DNA of 64,000 nucleotides, from the NCBI GenBank assembly GCA_011364985.1, contig RDOC01000005.1, positions 32,001 to 96,000 on the forward strand, written 5' to 3'. Positions 1-9,506 of this stretch are shown here, piece by piece. A model generated the notes under the pieces. The model was not told the origin of the DNA and made no database searches. It worked only from the letters and a program-made list of their open reading frames with translations. Made by a program: the position numbers and the translations under genes. Position 1 is the stretch's first letter, and each line of letters starts with the position of its first letter. This stretch comes from Candidatus Thorarchaeota archaeon. GTDB taxonomy: Archaea > Asgardarchaeota > Thorarchaeia > Thorarchaeales > Thorarchaeaceae.

Positions 1-330
1 CTTAGCAAATGTAAGCAATGCCTCGAGATCCTCTCCTCCAACGTTTGAGTACTTTTGCAGAGTATCAAATGCCTCGTCATACAGCCCCATCGAGAATTCT
101 AGCATTCCTAGATGAAGAAGCGGTTCAATCCATTGTGGCTTGAGATTAGCAGCCTTGATGAAGCTTCTTCTTGCCTTCTCAAGATCCCAAGCCTGCTGAT
201 ATACCAATCCAAGGAGGTTCCATGCTTCAGCGAAAGCACTGTCTTCTTCAACAGCAGCAACTAGCGCTTCCTCTGCCGCACTCAGTTCTCCGAATTGTCT
301 GTACCTTTCTCCCTTGCGATAGAGTATCAT
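1..330 (-). CDS. TPR-repeat protein (partial, runs off the left edge)
   Basis: Manual translation from ATG 330: MILYRKGERYRQFGELSAAEEALVAAVEEDSAFAEAWNLLGLVYQQAWDLEKARRSFIKAANLKPQWIEPLLHLG. Classic TPR pattern; not in the ORF track because no stop lies in the window. Confidence 0.85.
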   Translation of the reverse strand, partial: MILYRKGERYRQFGELSAAEEALVAAVEEDSAFAEAWNLLGLVYQQAWDLEKARRSFIKAANLKPQWIEPLLHLGMLEFSMGLYDEAFDTLQKYSNVGGEDLEALLTFAK

Positions 331-493
331 TGCTTCTTTACTGGCAGAAGGACTCATTCGTTGAGAACCCCGGTTCGTTTCACTATTGACAAGGACGTGC
401 GTAAATCAAGAAGTAGCATTGAAGGTTTTTGAATGATTATCCGATGAAGGCCAAAGGCGAGTATCCCTTGTCAAGTAGAGAAAGAGAAGAGGC

Positions 494-517
494 AGACGCC
501 TTCTGAGGAAGGCGCCT
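494..517 (-). terminator. Hairpin with downstream pyrimidine tract, possible terminator
   Basis: AGACGCCTTC-TGAG-GAAGGCGCCT stem-loop, followed on the minus strand by GCCTCTTCTCTTTCTCT, downstream of the 558-755 ORF. Confidence 0.45.
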
Positions 518-557
518 AGTTACTGTTAGAACGGGTGATACCCAGCCAATTCTGAAT

Positions 558-755
558 CTAGACAATATACCACCGTCTATTGTATTCAAGCTCTGAGTCA
601 TCGATACCCCTCTCTGATTTTTGCTCTTCCTTCTTCTTCGAAGGAGGGGGATCTATGACGTTGGCTTTGGAACTCACGCTCTTATTGGATTCAGGATGTT
701 CCTGTTCTGCTTTCGATGAGTTTAGGGTTATGATCTCCACCTCTATGGATTTCAT
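558..755 (-). CDS. Small hydrophilic hypothetical protein
   Basis: 65-aa ORF of plausible composition with an aromatic C-terminus (YNRRWYIV), followed by a terminator-like hairpin. Confidence 0.45.
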   Translation of the reverse strand: MKSIEVEIITLNSSKAEQEHPESNKSVSSKANVIDPPPSKKKEEQKSERGIDDSELEYNRRWYIV

Positions 756-1320
756 GCTTGCTTCAGCAAGATTCGCATTACTGGACGATGACTCTCAAAG
801 GCCTTGACACTGCTTAATCGTCCATAGCTCATGGAATCAGACGTTTGCCTTTCTATTAGCACATTCATGTTCAGTAGAAGGTGCAGTGAACAAGCATTGG
901 TCAGCAAATGCCTGATTCGGTTTCAGGTTGGTCCTACGCATCACATTGTGCAGATTCTCGAAACATTGTGAGACCTCCTGAAACATACTGCTTCTTGTAG
1001 TATTCACTAGAAGTCAAATAGCTCAATCAAGATACAACCAAAGGCTGGTCTATATATCGTTTTCCAACAGAGTAATGCTACTCGCATTCCAAGTGTAGTT
1101 GTAGAGAGAGACCTTTGGCGACGCAGTCACTAAAGCGTAAAGACATCATCGTATTGGAGATTCAGGATTAAAAAGCCAGCGTTATCTATGAGAGCATCTG
1201 TGGGAATACAGAGACCGGTAAGGAACAGAAGAAACGAATGTTTCCCCTCATCTTGTCTGGTATGGTACTAATTCACAGGAGAAATGATCAACATTGTACA
1301 ATGCGTCAAGAGAAGATTCA

Positions 1321-1518
1321 ATGATTAAGAAAGAGAGCATCCTTGTGATTGTAATATGCCTAGTGTTTCTTCTTACAGATTTTGTACTTGCGGGATTACA
1401 TTCATATTTGGACGATTCCCAGCCGCCTGAGCAATTGCAATCATTGTTAGTATTCTTGGAGGATGAGGGCTGCTTCCTCATAGATTCGGCTTCTGATCCA
1501 TGCATCTGTCTTGCGTAG
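1321..1518 (+). CDS. Small hypothetical protein with N-terminal hydrophobic helix
   Basis: MIKKESILVIVICLVFLLTDFVLAG is signal/TM-like; ends in CICLA. Confidence 0.35.
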   Translation: MIKKESILVIVICLVFLLTDFVLAGLHSYLDDSQPPEQLQSLLVFLEDEGCFLIDSASDPCICLA

Positions 1519-1581
1519 CTGGAAAAAACCGATTCAAAGAAAGCTATTGGAGGACGGTCTGTCCTTAACCTCTCATGTGTA

Positions 1582-2793
1582 CTAGGCAATTTCAAGCCAA
1601 TCCTCTGATCTGGACAAGACTCTGCAGTCCCTTTCGGTAATGGCATATGTATCTTCAATTCCAAGAACTTCATGCCCAGGGAGAATCAGTTTTGGTTCAG
1701 ACGCCAAGATATTGCCTTCTTCAAGAGGTGGACCCCTAGAATAGAAGATAGGCAACTCATCAAGCTCAAGTCCCACACCATGTCCGATGAATGCAACTTT
1801 GTCTGTCTGGTATCCCATGAACTGGTCATTCACATCCAATTCCTTACTAAGCTCGATTACTTCAGTATATAGACTCCCGAGGCTAACGCCAGGCCGCATT
1901 CTATTGGTGATGAACTCCTTTATTTCTTGAAGTATCGTGAGTTTTCTTCTTGCATCCTTTTCGAATTTGCCGCAGACCAGCGTTCTAGTGGTATCAGAGA
2001 TATACCCATTGATGTTTCCACAACTATCAACCAAGAAGGGTCGATTGCGACCAAGTTTCCGTCGAGTTGGACCAAAGGGATGTTTGAGAGAGAGCCCTTG
2101 ACCAGATATAGGAGTGAAGAATGTGTTGAGAGAAGACGAGCTACTCGATACAACATATGAGTATATCAGCATTGATGAATTGAAAGCACGTGTCGTGATA
2201 TATCCTGCATGACCATGCTCCACAAGCCATGAATCCAGATGCATCGATAGCTCGATTTCTGTCATGTCGGGCGTCACAATTTCGCAACAGTGGACAAGAG
2301 ACTCATCAACCAAATCTGCCGCTTTCTCTATGAGGGTAATTTCGAATTCTGATTTCCTTGATCTGATTGTCCTGAAGATCGAACTGCCGTCTACAAGATC
2401 AATGCCCTTAACTCGGGATTTGAGAAAGGTCATGAGGGAGTAAGGAATGATGTCTGATTCCATTGCTATACGCGAGCCCTTCGAGATGCCAAGAGTCTCA
2501 AAGAGCTTGGATTGTCTGCCCATTGGTCGGACATCTGATATTCCTGAGTATGCGCTGACAAGATTTTCATTGCGTTCGGCAAGCCTCATGGCTTCACCAT
2601 CAGCAGGAACATAGACTGCGCCCGGGATTCCAATACCTGAGTAGTAGTACAGCTCTGTGGTGGAGAGAAGGATTGCGCCATCCAGATTTGCCTCTCTGAG
2701 GCTAACTTCAAGTCTCTGAATTCTACTGGAAATCTCATCCTTTGGAACCTTAAGATACACGTATTCCATGCATATATTGCGATATATGCTCAA
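1582..2793 (-). CDS. Xaa-Pro aminopeptidase, M24 family
   Basis: Creatinase-like N-domain plus GYISDTTRT, IGHGVGLELDE, SEP and GIEDT metal motifs. Start may be Met at 2769. Confidence 0.93.
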   Translation of the reverse strand: MSIYRNICMEYVYLKVPKDEISSRIQRLEVSLREANLDGAILLSTTELYYYSGIGIPGAVYVPADGEAMRLAERNENLVSAYSGISDVRPMGRQSKLFETLGISKGSRIAMESDIIPYSLMTFLKSRVKGIDLVDGSSIFRTIRSRKSEFEITLIEKAADLVDESLVHCCEIVTPDMTEIELSMHLDSWLVEHGHAGYITTRAFNSSMLIYSYVVSSSSSSLNTFFTPISGQGLSLKHPFGPTRRKLGRNRPFLVDSCGNINGYISDTTRTLVCGKFEKDARRKLTILQEIKEFITNRMRPGVSLGSLYTEVIELSKELDVNDQFMGYQTDKVAFIGHGVGLELDELPIFYSRGPPLEEGNILASEPKLILPGHEVLGIEDTYAITERDCRVLSRSEDWLEIA

Positions 2794-2888
2794 TATGACT
2801 CCTGCGAATTGACGAAATTCCCGCGGATATACCTACCAGAATAAGTAATAATAGGAACTAAGCATGAATATTTGGAGGCGGATGTTAG

Positions 2889-3227
2889 ATGACGAAGGTC
2901 GTAGAAATGTCAAATGGACTTGGCAAAACCCCATGCGGCAGATGCAGCTGCATAATCGTCTATACTGGAGATTATTGCCTTTTCTGCGACGCAGCAAAAG
3001 AGATGCTTGGCGAAGCAATAGCGCACTATGGAGTATCAGATGCTGCAATTTGCCAAGTCGACGTTGACTCAGAAGACGGTTGCGGCTGTAATGACGGAAT
3101 CACAAGACTTCCGACAATCAGAATATGCAACGTCAAACTTGAGGGATTGCCTGATGAGAAGGAAATCACCGATGCGGTCCTAAGGGCACTTATGATGGAT
3201 TGCTTCTGCGAGGACCCAAGGTATTAG
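2889..3227 (+). CDS. Thioredoxin/glutaredoxin-like protein, Cys-rich
   Basis: YTGDYCLFC (CxxC), VDVD, and ITRLPTI (cis-Pro loop). Confidence 0.75.
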   Translation: MTKVVEMSNGLGKTPCGRCSCIIVYTGDYCLFCDAAKEMLGEAIAHYGVSDAAICQVDVDSEDGCGCNDGITRLPTIRICNVKLEGLPDEKEITDAVLRALMMDCFCEDPRY

Positions 3228-3233
3228 AGATGA

Positions 3234-3740
3234 CTATCTTTTGTTTATGCCAGCCAGTCTTTTCAGAGGATTCTTGGCATGATTCATGACTGTCCTCTCT
3301 TGACCTTCAGTCTCTATGGCGCATGGTCGAACTGACCGGACTTTATTGATGACTGTCTGACCGTCTCTTTCTCCATAGATATAGATCTCAGCAAGTGCCA
3401 ACATTGTTCCTGTTCGTCCACAGCCTCCCAGACAATGAACCAAAATGGTCTTTCTCTTCTTCAGGGCACGATCGACAGCACGGATGAACTCGATTACGTT
3501 CTCATCAGAGGGAGAACTAAAATCGGGAATAGGGATGGTGACATGTTCTATTTCGAGTTCTGAGAAATCGGGAAGTTCAGAAATCAATTCCAAGGAGATA
3601 ACGAAATCAATTCCAGCTTCTTCGAGTTCCTCAAGGTCCTCTGCCGAGCTAGGTAAGGCGGAACCAAAGAGCTCGCCGCGCTTGAATTCAAAGAGATCTA
3701 CTGTAATTGCCAACCACCTCGCCCATCTGCCAAAAAGCAC
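3234..3740 (-). CDS. Dual-specificity / protein-tyrosine phosphatase (CX5R)
   Basis: VHCLGGCGRTG P-loop, PIPDF general-acid loop, RPCAIETEGQ. Confidence 0.93.
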   Translation of the reverse strand: MLFGRWARWLAITVDLFEFKRGELFGSALPSSAEDLEELEEAGIDFVISLELISELPDFSELEIEHVTIPIPDFSSPSDENVIEFIRAVDRALKKRKTILVHCLGGCGRTGTMLALAEIYIYGERDGQTVINKVRSVRPCAIETEGQERTVMNHAKNPLKRLAGINKR

Positions 3741-3796
3741 TCAGAATGGATATGAGTGGAGAATCGCAATGTACGGATAAGCATTATGGCATGGTT

Positions 3797-4252
3797 CTAC
3801 AACTCCACGCGAATGGTTTCCCACCGCACTCGGCCAGTTTCAACAGCTTCCTTTATCATTCGCTCCGTCCGATTGAGCCTTGCATCACCAGTCTTGATAT
3901 CAGCCAATACAACCGTTATCGGAGCCTCTGATTGTTCATCTTTGGCAGAGGTATACCCGTCGAAAATGAGATAGTCAATGGGAGAACCAATGAATCGTGC
4001 ATCAGCAGGATTGAACTTAAACATATCAGGAAACATCGGAACCATATGTTCGGCAATCTTTCCCTTCAGTACATAGCGGCTTCGTTGTGCTGCATCCTTT
4101 CTAATATCGCCTTCCTGCTCAGCCCACATTCTGCGAAACTCAGCTTCCACCATTGAGATACGATGTTTTACACGCCAGTTCATTGCAAAATACACGAATA
4201 GTGCAATGAGCAGACCAATAGAGAGGCCAAGGGCCAATTCTTCAAAAGCCAT
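3797..4252 (-). CDS. Holliday junction resolvase-like endonuclease (Endonuc_Holl type) with N-terminal TM helix
   Basis: RSRYVLKGKIAEHMVP, DARFIGSPIDYLIFDG, DIKTG (PD-(D/E)xK fold). Confidence 0.85.
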   Translation of the reverse strand: MAFEELALGLSIGLLIALFVYFAMNWRVKHRISMVEAEFRRMWAEQEGDIRKDAAQRSRYVLKGKIAEHMVPMFPDMFKFNPADARFIGSPIDYLIFDGYTSAKDEQSEAPITVVLADIKTGDARLNRTERMIKEAVETGRVRWETIRVEL

Positions 4253-4460
4253 ACACTTCTTAGCTGAATCTGCAATATATGCTCAGGTAATTGCAGAGTA
4301 TTGTCTAGGTATAGCAAAAACATCAAGCTGAATGTGAGTTCTATATTGAAGATCCGCTATGGCCACAGATGATGCGGCTTCTTCTATTTGCAGTTCTAGG
4401 GAAAGAATATTAGTGCGCCCTGCACAAATGATTTCCAGCTGAGAAGACACTCGGGATGGT

Positions 4461-4871
4461 TTGGATAGAATGAAGGCTCAGACCAAACTAATCTGCATTG
4501 GGGTAGTCTTTATGATTTTGCTATCTGGAATCATCATTATGGCAGTGTTTGACGATGTTGATGGTCCTCTCATTTATCAAATTGATGTACTTCCCATCTC
4601 CCCACAACCAGGAGACTACATTAGCGTCATAATATATTGTATTGACCCTTCTGGAGTCTCCGGAGCAAGACTCTCATGGATGATCAATGGTGCAGAGTGG
4701 AAGAGCACGGATATGAATTTCTTCGCGTGCTTATGCATAGCAGGTGGCAGATGGGTGGCCAATTTCGGCCCAATGGGAGAAGGAGATCAAGCGCAGTTCT
4801 TTGTGACAGCCACTGATAATTCTCCATATCAGAACGAGGCTGATAGTCAGGTCTTCTCGGTAGAAATCTAG
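4461..4871 (+). CDS. Membrane-anchored hypothetical protein with beta-rich extracellular domain
   Basis: N-terminal TM; DPSGVSGARL...CLC...FFVTATD beta-sandwich-like pattern. Confidence 0.7.
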   Translation: MDRMKAQTKLICIGVVFMILLSGIIIMAVFDDVDGPLIYQIDVLPISPQPGDYISVIIYCIDPSGVSGARLSWMINGAEWKSTDMNFFACLCIAGGRWVANFGPMGEGDQAQFFVTATDNSPYQNEADSQVFSVEI

Positions 4872-4890
4872 AGTAGATGAGTGAAAGAGA

Positions 4891-5082
4891 ATGAAACTTG
4901 AACTAATACTTAACCTCCTCATACTAATCCTTGGCATCATTGTCGCTATTGCACCTCATACATTCGCTCCCGTCTGTGTTACTGAGATGCGATGTTGGTT
5001 TACACGGGATATGGAAACAATCCTTGGTGTCGCCATCGCCATTCTTGGTTTTGTTGGAGCATACCGTAGCCTTGGGCAATGA
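4891..5082 (+). CDS. DUF4418-like small membrane protein
   Basis: Two TM helices flanking PHTFAPVC...MRCWFT. Confidence 0.7.
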   Translation: MKLELILNLLILILGIIVAIAPHTFAPVCVTEMRCWFTRDMETILGVAIAILGFVGAYRSLGQ

Positions 5083-5106
5083 TATAGAAGAAATGGTGAA
5101 TCCAAC

Positions 5107-5586
5107 ATGAATTCGGAGCAGCGTCGACTGATTGAGATGGTTCTTGTCATCATCGGCTGCTTTACAATCTATACGTATACTACTGCCCTTCCCGTTAATC
5201 ACACATGTGAATGGACAGGCCTAATAATCCAGGACCGAATCGGGCATGAAGTAAGCTTCATTTACCATAACGGGAGCATAGAATACTATTGCTGTGTTAA
5301 TGTATCACTTCTTGCATTTGAGAGGCTAATGGGAACCGATTCAATTACTGAGCTCGCGAATATTCAGGTTCGATGTCCAATGTGCGGAATGCTGATGGAT
5401 TGGGATGACGAGATGATAGTCTGGGTCTATTCAACAGAGTATCTCAATCCAACAACCAAGGAGCCGACTATCGTTCCATTATGTGAAAACTATCACGAAA
5501 CAGAGATGTGTGAAGGACACTTCCTTGCAGAATACGGTGGTAGCATAATTGACAATCCCTTTGTATGGCATGGGGGTCTAGGATGA
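5107..5586 (+). CDS. NosL-like metal-binding membrane-anchored protein
   Basis: N-terminal TM; CEWTG, YYCCV, CPMCGM and C-terminal FLAEYGG, resembling the NosL F..EHGG end. Confidence 0.6.
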   Translation: MNSEQRRLIEMVLVIIGCFTIYTYTTALPVNHTCEWTGLIIQDRIGHEVSFIYHNGSIEYYCCVNVSLLAFERLMGTDSITELANIQVRCPMCGMLMDWDDEMIVWVYSTEYLNPTTKEPTIVPLCENYHETEMCEGHFLAEYGGSIIDNPFVWHGGLG

Positions 5587-5587
5587 T

Positions 5588-6001
5588 TTGGCAAAAAAGA
5601 TCCATTTGATTCTAGTTGCACTGGCAGTCTCATTGAGCTTCAACGCTGCGTTCATCGCCTTTCAAAACTCGGTGACCCATACCCCTTCATCATGGTCATT
5701 TTCAGATTTGGGACCTGCCTTGATGCAGGATTCGTATAGCAATCGTGCACCTGCGCTTGAATCTCCATTTGGAATGATTGGAGATATTCCGGGAGGGTAC
5801 CCACTATATGTGGGTTGCCCTCTTCAGTCAAACCCACCAGAGACTCTGTCGCCATGGATCCCTTCATGTGACTTTGGAGCATGGAATTTATTGACTGAAA
5901 ACATCGAAATGCTTCTAACAGCACTGCTCATTTCGCTTATTCCGCTTCTGGTAATTCTCGTACTTGGGAGGAAAAGCTTTGGGTCTGCAAAAACACAGTA
6001 A
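5588..6001 (+). CDS. Hypothetical membrane protein
   Basis: N- and C-terminal hydrophobic helices, two Cys, tight operon spacing. Confidence 0.6.
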   Translation: MAKKIHLILVALAVSLSFNAAFIAFQNSVTHTPSSWSFSDLGPALMQDSYSNRAPALESPFGMIGDIPGGYPLYVGCPLQSNPPETLSPWIPSCDFGAWNLLTENIEMLLTALLISLIPLLVILVLGRKSFGSAKTQ

Positions 6002-7187
6002 CTTGGCTAGCTATGCAATTGGGAACATTCTCAAGTATCGCACACGGAGTACCGCGATGATTGTAGCCCTTATCTTCTCCACATTTCTTCTCGGATCAGC
6101 AGAGTTTCTTAGAGAAGGCGTAATGATGGATATTGCCGCTTCGGTTGATGAAGGTCCAGATATTGTCGTTCAGCGGCTTGTTGGTGGCAGACAAGTGGAA
6201 GTTCACAGTTCATGGAGAGAGAACCTGAGTTCAATAACAGGCGTTAGAATTGCCACACCACGAGCATGGGGCTACTTCGATATTGGAACTGGTAACCTCC
6301 TAACGATAATGGGAATCAATGCGACAGATTATGGGAATATTGTAGGTGCGACTGGCACAGAAATCCTACCAGGCGGAAGATTTCTCGAACAAACTGACAG
6401 ATACAGAATTGTTGTGGGACAAGGTATTATTGACCTGATGAGCACCGCCAGAGTGTCAATCTCTGCTGGCTCGATCTTGTCGATTATAGCCCAAAATGGC
6501 TCACTCATCGAGTTTGAGGTTGTAGGAATCTTTGATACAGATGCCAAGATCTACAGCTATGATATGATAGTAACCGACTTGAAGAGCGCACAAGAAGTGC
6601 TTGGATTGGAAGATGAAGCCTACACTGACTTCGCAATCTGGACTGATTATGGTGCCAACCTCAATGACGTAGCCTTTCGTATCGATACGCAGATGCCGGA
6701 AACCAGAGTATTGACACGAGATGCTATGGACGACATAATGATGAAGACTTACGGTGGCCGCGCTGGGATTATCGCTTTGATTTGGGTGGTTGTTCTGATG
6801 ACTGTGGTGCTATTGACATTTACAGTTTCTAGTGCAGGCTCCGACGAGGCTCGTAGAGAAGTAGGCCTCCTGAAAGCACTGGGATTCGACACCGTGGATG
6901 TTTTGGAGATTCGAATGATTGAAAGCCTGATACTTAGTCTTCTCGGAGCCAGCTTCGGAATGTCCTTTGCCATCATCTTTGATTTTTATCTAGGAGCGCC
7001 TATTCTTTCAGGCTATATGCTAGGCTGGAGTATCTTACTGCTAAATGCAGGCTTGCCCCTGGCAATTTCAGGACCCACCATCTTCATTCTCTATGCGGTG
7101 GCGATTGTACCTATCTTGGTAGGAACCGTTGTACCGGCTTGGAGAAATGCGATCACTGAACCGGACATCGTTTTGCGAGGCGTATGA
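5964..7187 (+). CDS. ABC transporter permease, FtsX/MacB/LolE family
   Basis: TM, large extracellular domain, then 3 TMs; RREVGLLKALGF and VPAWR signatures. Start uncertain. Confidence 0.92.
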   Translation: MGGKALGLQKHSNLASYAIGNILKYRTRSTAMIVALIFSTFLLGSAEFLREGVMMDIAASVDEGPDIVVQRLVGGRQVEVHSSWRENLSSITGVRIATPRAWGYFDIGTGNLLTIMGINATDYGNIVGATGTEILPGGRFLEQTDRYRIVVGQGIIDLMSTARVSISAGSILSIIAQNGSLIEFEVVGIFDTDAKIYSYDMIVTDLKSAQEVLGLEDEAYTDFAIWTDYGANLNDVAFRIDTQMPETRVLTRDAMDDIMMKTYGGRAGIIALIWVVVLMTVVLLTFTVSSAGSDEARREVGLLKALGFDTVDVLEIRMIESLILSLLGASFGMSFAIIFDFYLGAPILSGYMLGWSILLLNAGLPLAISGPTIFILYAVAIVPILVGTVVPAWRNAITEPDIVLRGV

Positions 7188-7876
7188 GCATGGGGTGTGC
7201 AATAAGAACAGAAGGGTTATGGAAAAGCTACGGTATTGGGGGGCCGAGGCAAGTCGATGCTGTAAAAGAAGCCAGCGTTGAGATTGAAAGTGGAAAAGTA
7301 ACCGCCTTTGGTGGCCCATCAGGATCTGGGAAAACAACTATGTTGAGTATGATAGGATTGCTCACAAAGCCAACCAGAGGGCAGCTCTTTCATGAGCATG
7401 AGGAGCTATCAACTGTATCTGAAGTGTATAGGACAAAGATTCGAAGGGAACGCATTGGTTTTGTATTCCAAGCGCAGTACCTGATACCCCAGCTGACAGC
7501 CGTTGAGAATGTCGTCCTACCTAGTATGTGTACTGATACCTCTCCGCGGGATGCAGAAGCCCTCGCACGAAAAAGACTCATTGAGCTTGGAATGGAACAC
7601 AGACTTGATTTTCGGGTTGCAGAATTGAGCGGTGGTGAAGCTCAACGGGTCAGTATTGCCAGATCGATGATGAACTCGCCAGAAATTCTGATTGCAGATG
7701 AACCAAGCTCATCCATAGATGAAGCACTTACGAAGGATCTCCTTTCGCAGCTTCGCAAGATGGTGAAAGAGGAGAAACTCACGATAATTGTGGCATCGCA
7801 TGACCCCGTAGTACTAAACTGGGCCGACAAGGTCTACCAAATGCGTTCGGGGAAAATACTGGAAGAAACTGGATAG
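7184..7876 (+). CDS. ABC transporter ATP-binding protein, LolD/MacB family
   Basis: GPSGSGKT, LSGGEAQR, ILIADEP, ASHD. Confidence 0.95.
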   Translation: MSMGCAIRTEGLWKSYGIGGPRQVDAVKEASVEIESGKVTAFGGPSGSGKTTMLSMIGLLTKPTRGQLFHEHEELSTVSEVYRTKIRRERIGFVFQAQYLIPQLTAVENVVLPSMCTDTSPRDAEALARKRLIELGMEHRLDFRVAELSGGEAQRVSIARSMMNSPEILIADEPSSSIDEALTKDLLSQLRKMVKEEKLTIIVASHDPVVLNWADKVYQMRSGKILEETG

Positions 7877-7955
7877 TGAAGAAGCCTACATGGACGGAAA
7901 CGCTAATAGTATCAGTTCTGATCTGTTTTCATAGCTCTATACCAAAGGAGAACGC

Positions 7956-9506
7956 TTGAGAATGGCTCGCACAGAGAACATGTGTTCTGCGATATTAGCC
8001 CTGTTAGTCATACTGAGCATGTGTGGCCTAGCCAATAATGGGAGCATGTTCCAGAATCCGGTGCAAGTCGAGTCTGATTCTACTGCATATCAAGAAAACG
8101 TATTGCCAATTAGATACTTCTCAGAGAATATCCTTCTTTCAACTAACGATATGGTTTACCCACACCACGTTGAAGTCACCATGGCCATAGCAGAGAATGA
8201 CATTATGTTTGTAGGATGGAAGAACTCCGAAACTCACAATGGTGAGGGAACTCGAGTGAGTTTTGTCAAGTCAACAGATTTCGGCACGACATGGAGTTGG
8301 CCCTATGACATGCCGATGTTTGGAGACCTGAGTTCCACCAGACAATCAGACCCATGGATGGCGTGGCATGCCGGAGCACTGTATTATGCTTACCTGGAGT
8401 TTTCGGAGGAAGACTTCACACAGATAACTGTGGCGAAGAGCACAGATTATGGAAACTCCTGGTCTCCAGTCAAAGCCTCGTTTGGCAGAGGATTTGCAGA
8501 TAAGGAAACCATGATGGTAGCAGACGATGGAACAATATATGTAGCATATGATGATGTGGAAGAAGACGGTGTGACTGTAGAGCTGTCGAAGTCTACTGAT
8601 GGAGGAAAACTCTTCAGAGGCGCAGGAACAATAGGGGAGAAATCAGACGGCCATGTTGGTCCGTATTTGGCGTTGAGCTCGTCTGGCGATGTATACTGTG
8701 CATGGTCATGGTTCGATGAATTCGGAGGAAACATATTTCTAGACAGGAGCCTCAATGATGGAGAAACCTTTGGCGAGGAGAGATTCGTCAACCAAGATGG
8801 TAATTTCTCTGCTTGGACCACCGCAGATGGAAACCCTGCAAAGGTGACATTACCAGTAATTCGTTTCGACCAGAACGATCGGCTCTATGTCCTATGGGCA
8901 GATATGTACGAAGGTGTTCATGATACGTTCGATGTCTTCCTGAGGTATTCGGATGATTATGGACGGACTTGGAGTCCCCGGTTGCGAATAAACAAGCTTA
9001 CAGAAGGCAATCAGTGGAATCCAGAGTTTGCAATCGATTCAACTGGAAGACTTCACATTGTATACTATGAGGATAGACTGATTGGTGGCTATAGGTCCTT
9101 TTACAAGGCTGTCAGCTTCACGGGACCATCGCGAGACGTACCCGAGTTTGGTGAAGAGATGCCCATCGCATCAGCTGGGACCGACTTGTCATTTACTAGA
9201 CCTGGGGAATATTTCTGCATAAAACTTGACAGCAATGATATTCCTCATGTGGTCTGGACTGACGGCCGAAAAGGAGCTCTGGACATTTACTATGCGCATG
9301 GTGTACCTAACTACCCAGATCATACTGAAACAAACTCGACCAAAACAACGACTTCTACACAAACGTCTGTAACCACAACAGCGACAACAGATGGAGAGGA
9401 GCTGTTGATTGTGCGAATGGCAAGATTGGTGGCAATAATCGGCGGAGCGGCTGCAATAGTTGGAGCCGTAATAGTCTGGTGGAATCGAAGAACCGGTTTT
9501 GGATGA
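7956..9506 (+). CDS. Cell-surface BNR/Asp-box (sialidase-like) beta-propeller protein
   Basis: Signal peptide; Asp-boxes STDFGTTW, STDYGNSW, STDGGKLF, SLNDGETF, SDDYGRTW; Thr-rich linker; C-terminal TM with basic tail. Confidence 0.85.
   Translation: MRMARTENMCSAILALLVILSMCGLANNGSMFQNPVQVESDSTAYQENVLPIRYFSENILLSTNDMVYPHHVEVTMAIAENDIMFVGWKNSETHNGEGTRVSFVKSTDFGTTWSWPYDMPMFGDLSSTRQSDPWMAWHAGALYYAYLEFSEEDFTQITVAKSTDYGNSWSPVKASFGRGFADKETMMVADDGTIYVAYDDVEEDGVTVELSKSTDGGKLFRGAGTIGEKSDGHVGPYLALSSSGDVYCAWSWFDEFGGNIFLDRSLNDGETFGEERFVNQDGNFSAWTTADGNPAKVTLPVIRFDQNDRLYVLWADMYEGVHDTFDVFLRYSDDYGRTWSPRLRINKLTEGNQWNPEFAIDSTGRLHIVYYEDRLIGGYRSFYKAVSFTGPSRDVPEFGEEMPIASAGTDLSFTRPGEYFCIKLDSNDIPHVVWTDGRKGALDIYYAHGVPNYPDHTETNSTKTTTSTQTSVTTTATTDGEELLIVRMARLVAIIGGAAAIVGAVIVWWNRRTGFG

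Noticed and set aside
4269-4297. Inverted repeat TCTGCAAT-N13-ATTGCAGA in a divergent intergenic region
   Set aside because: Single 8-bp-arm instance with no supporting copy; could be chance.
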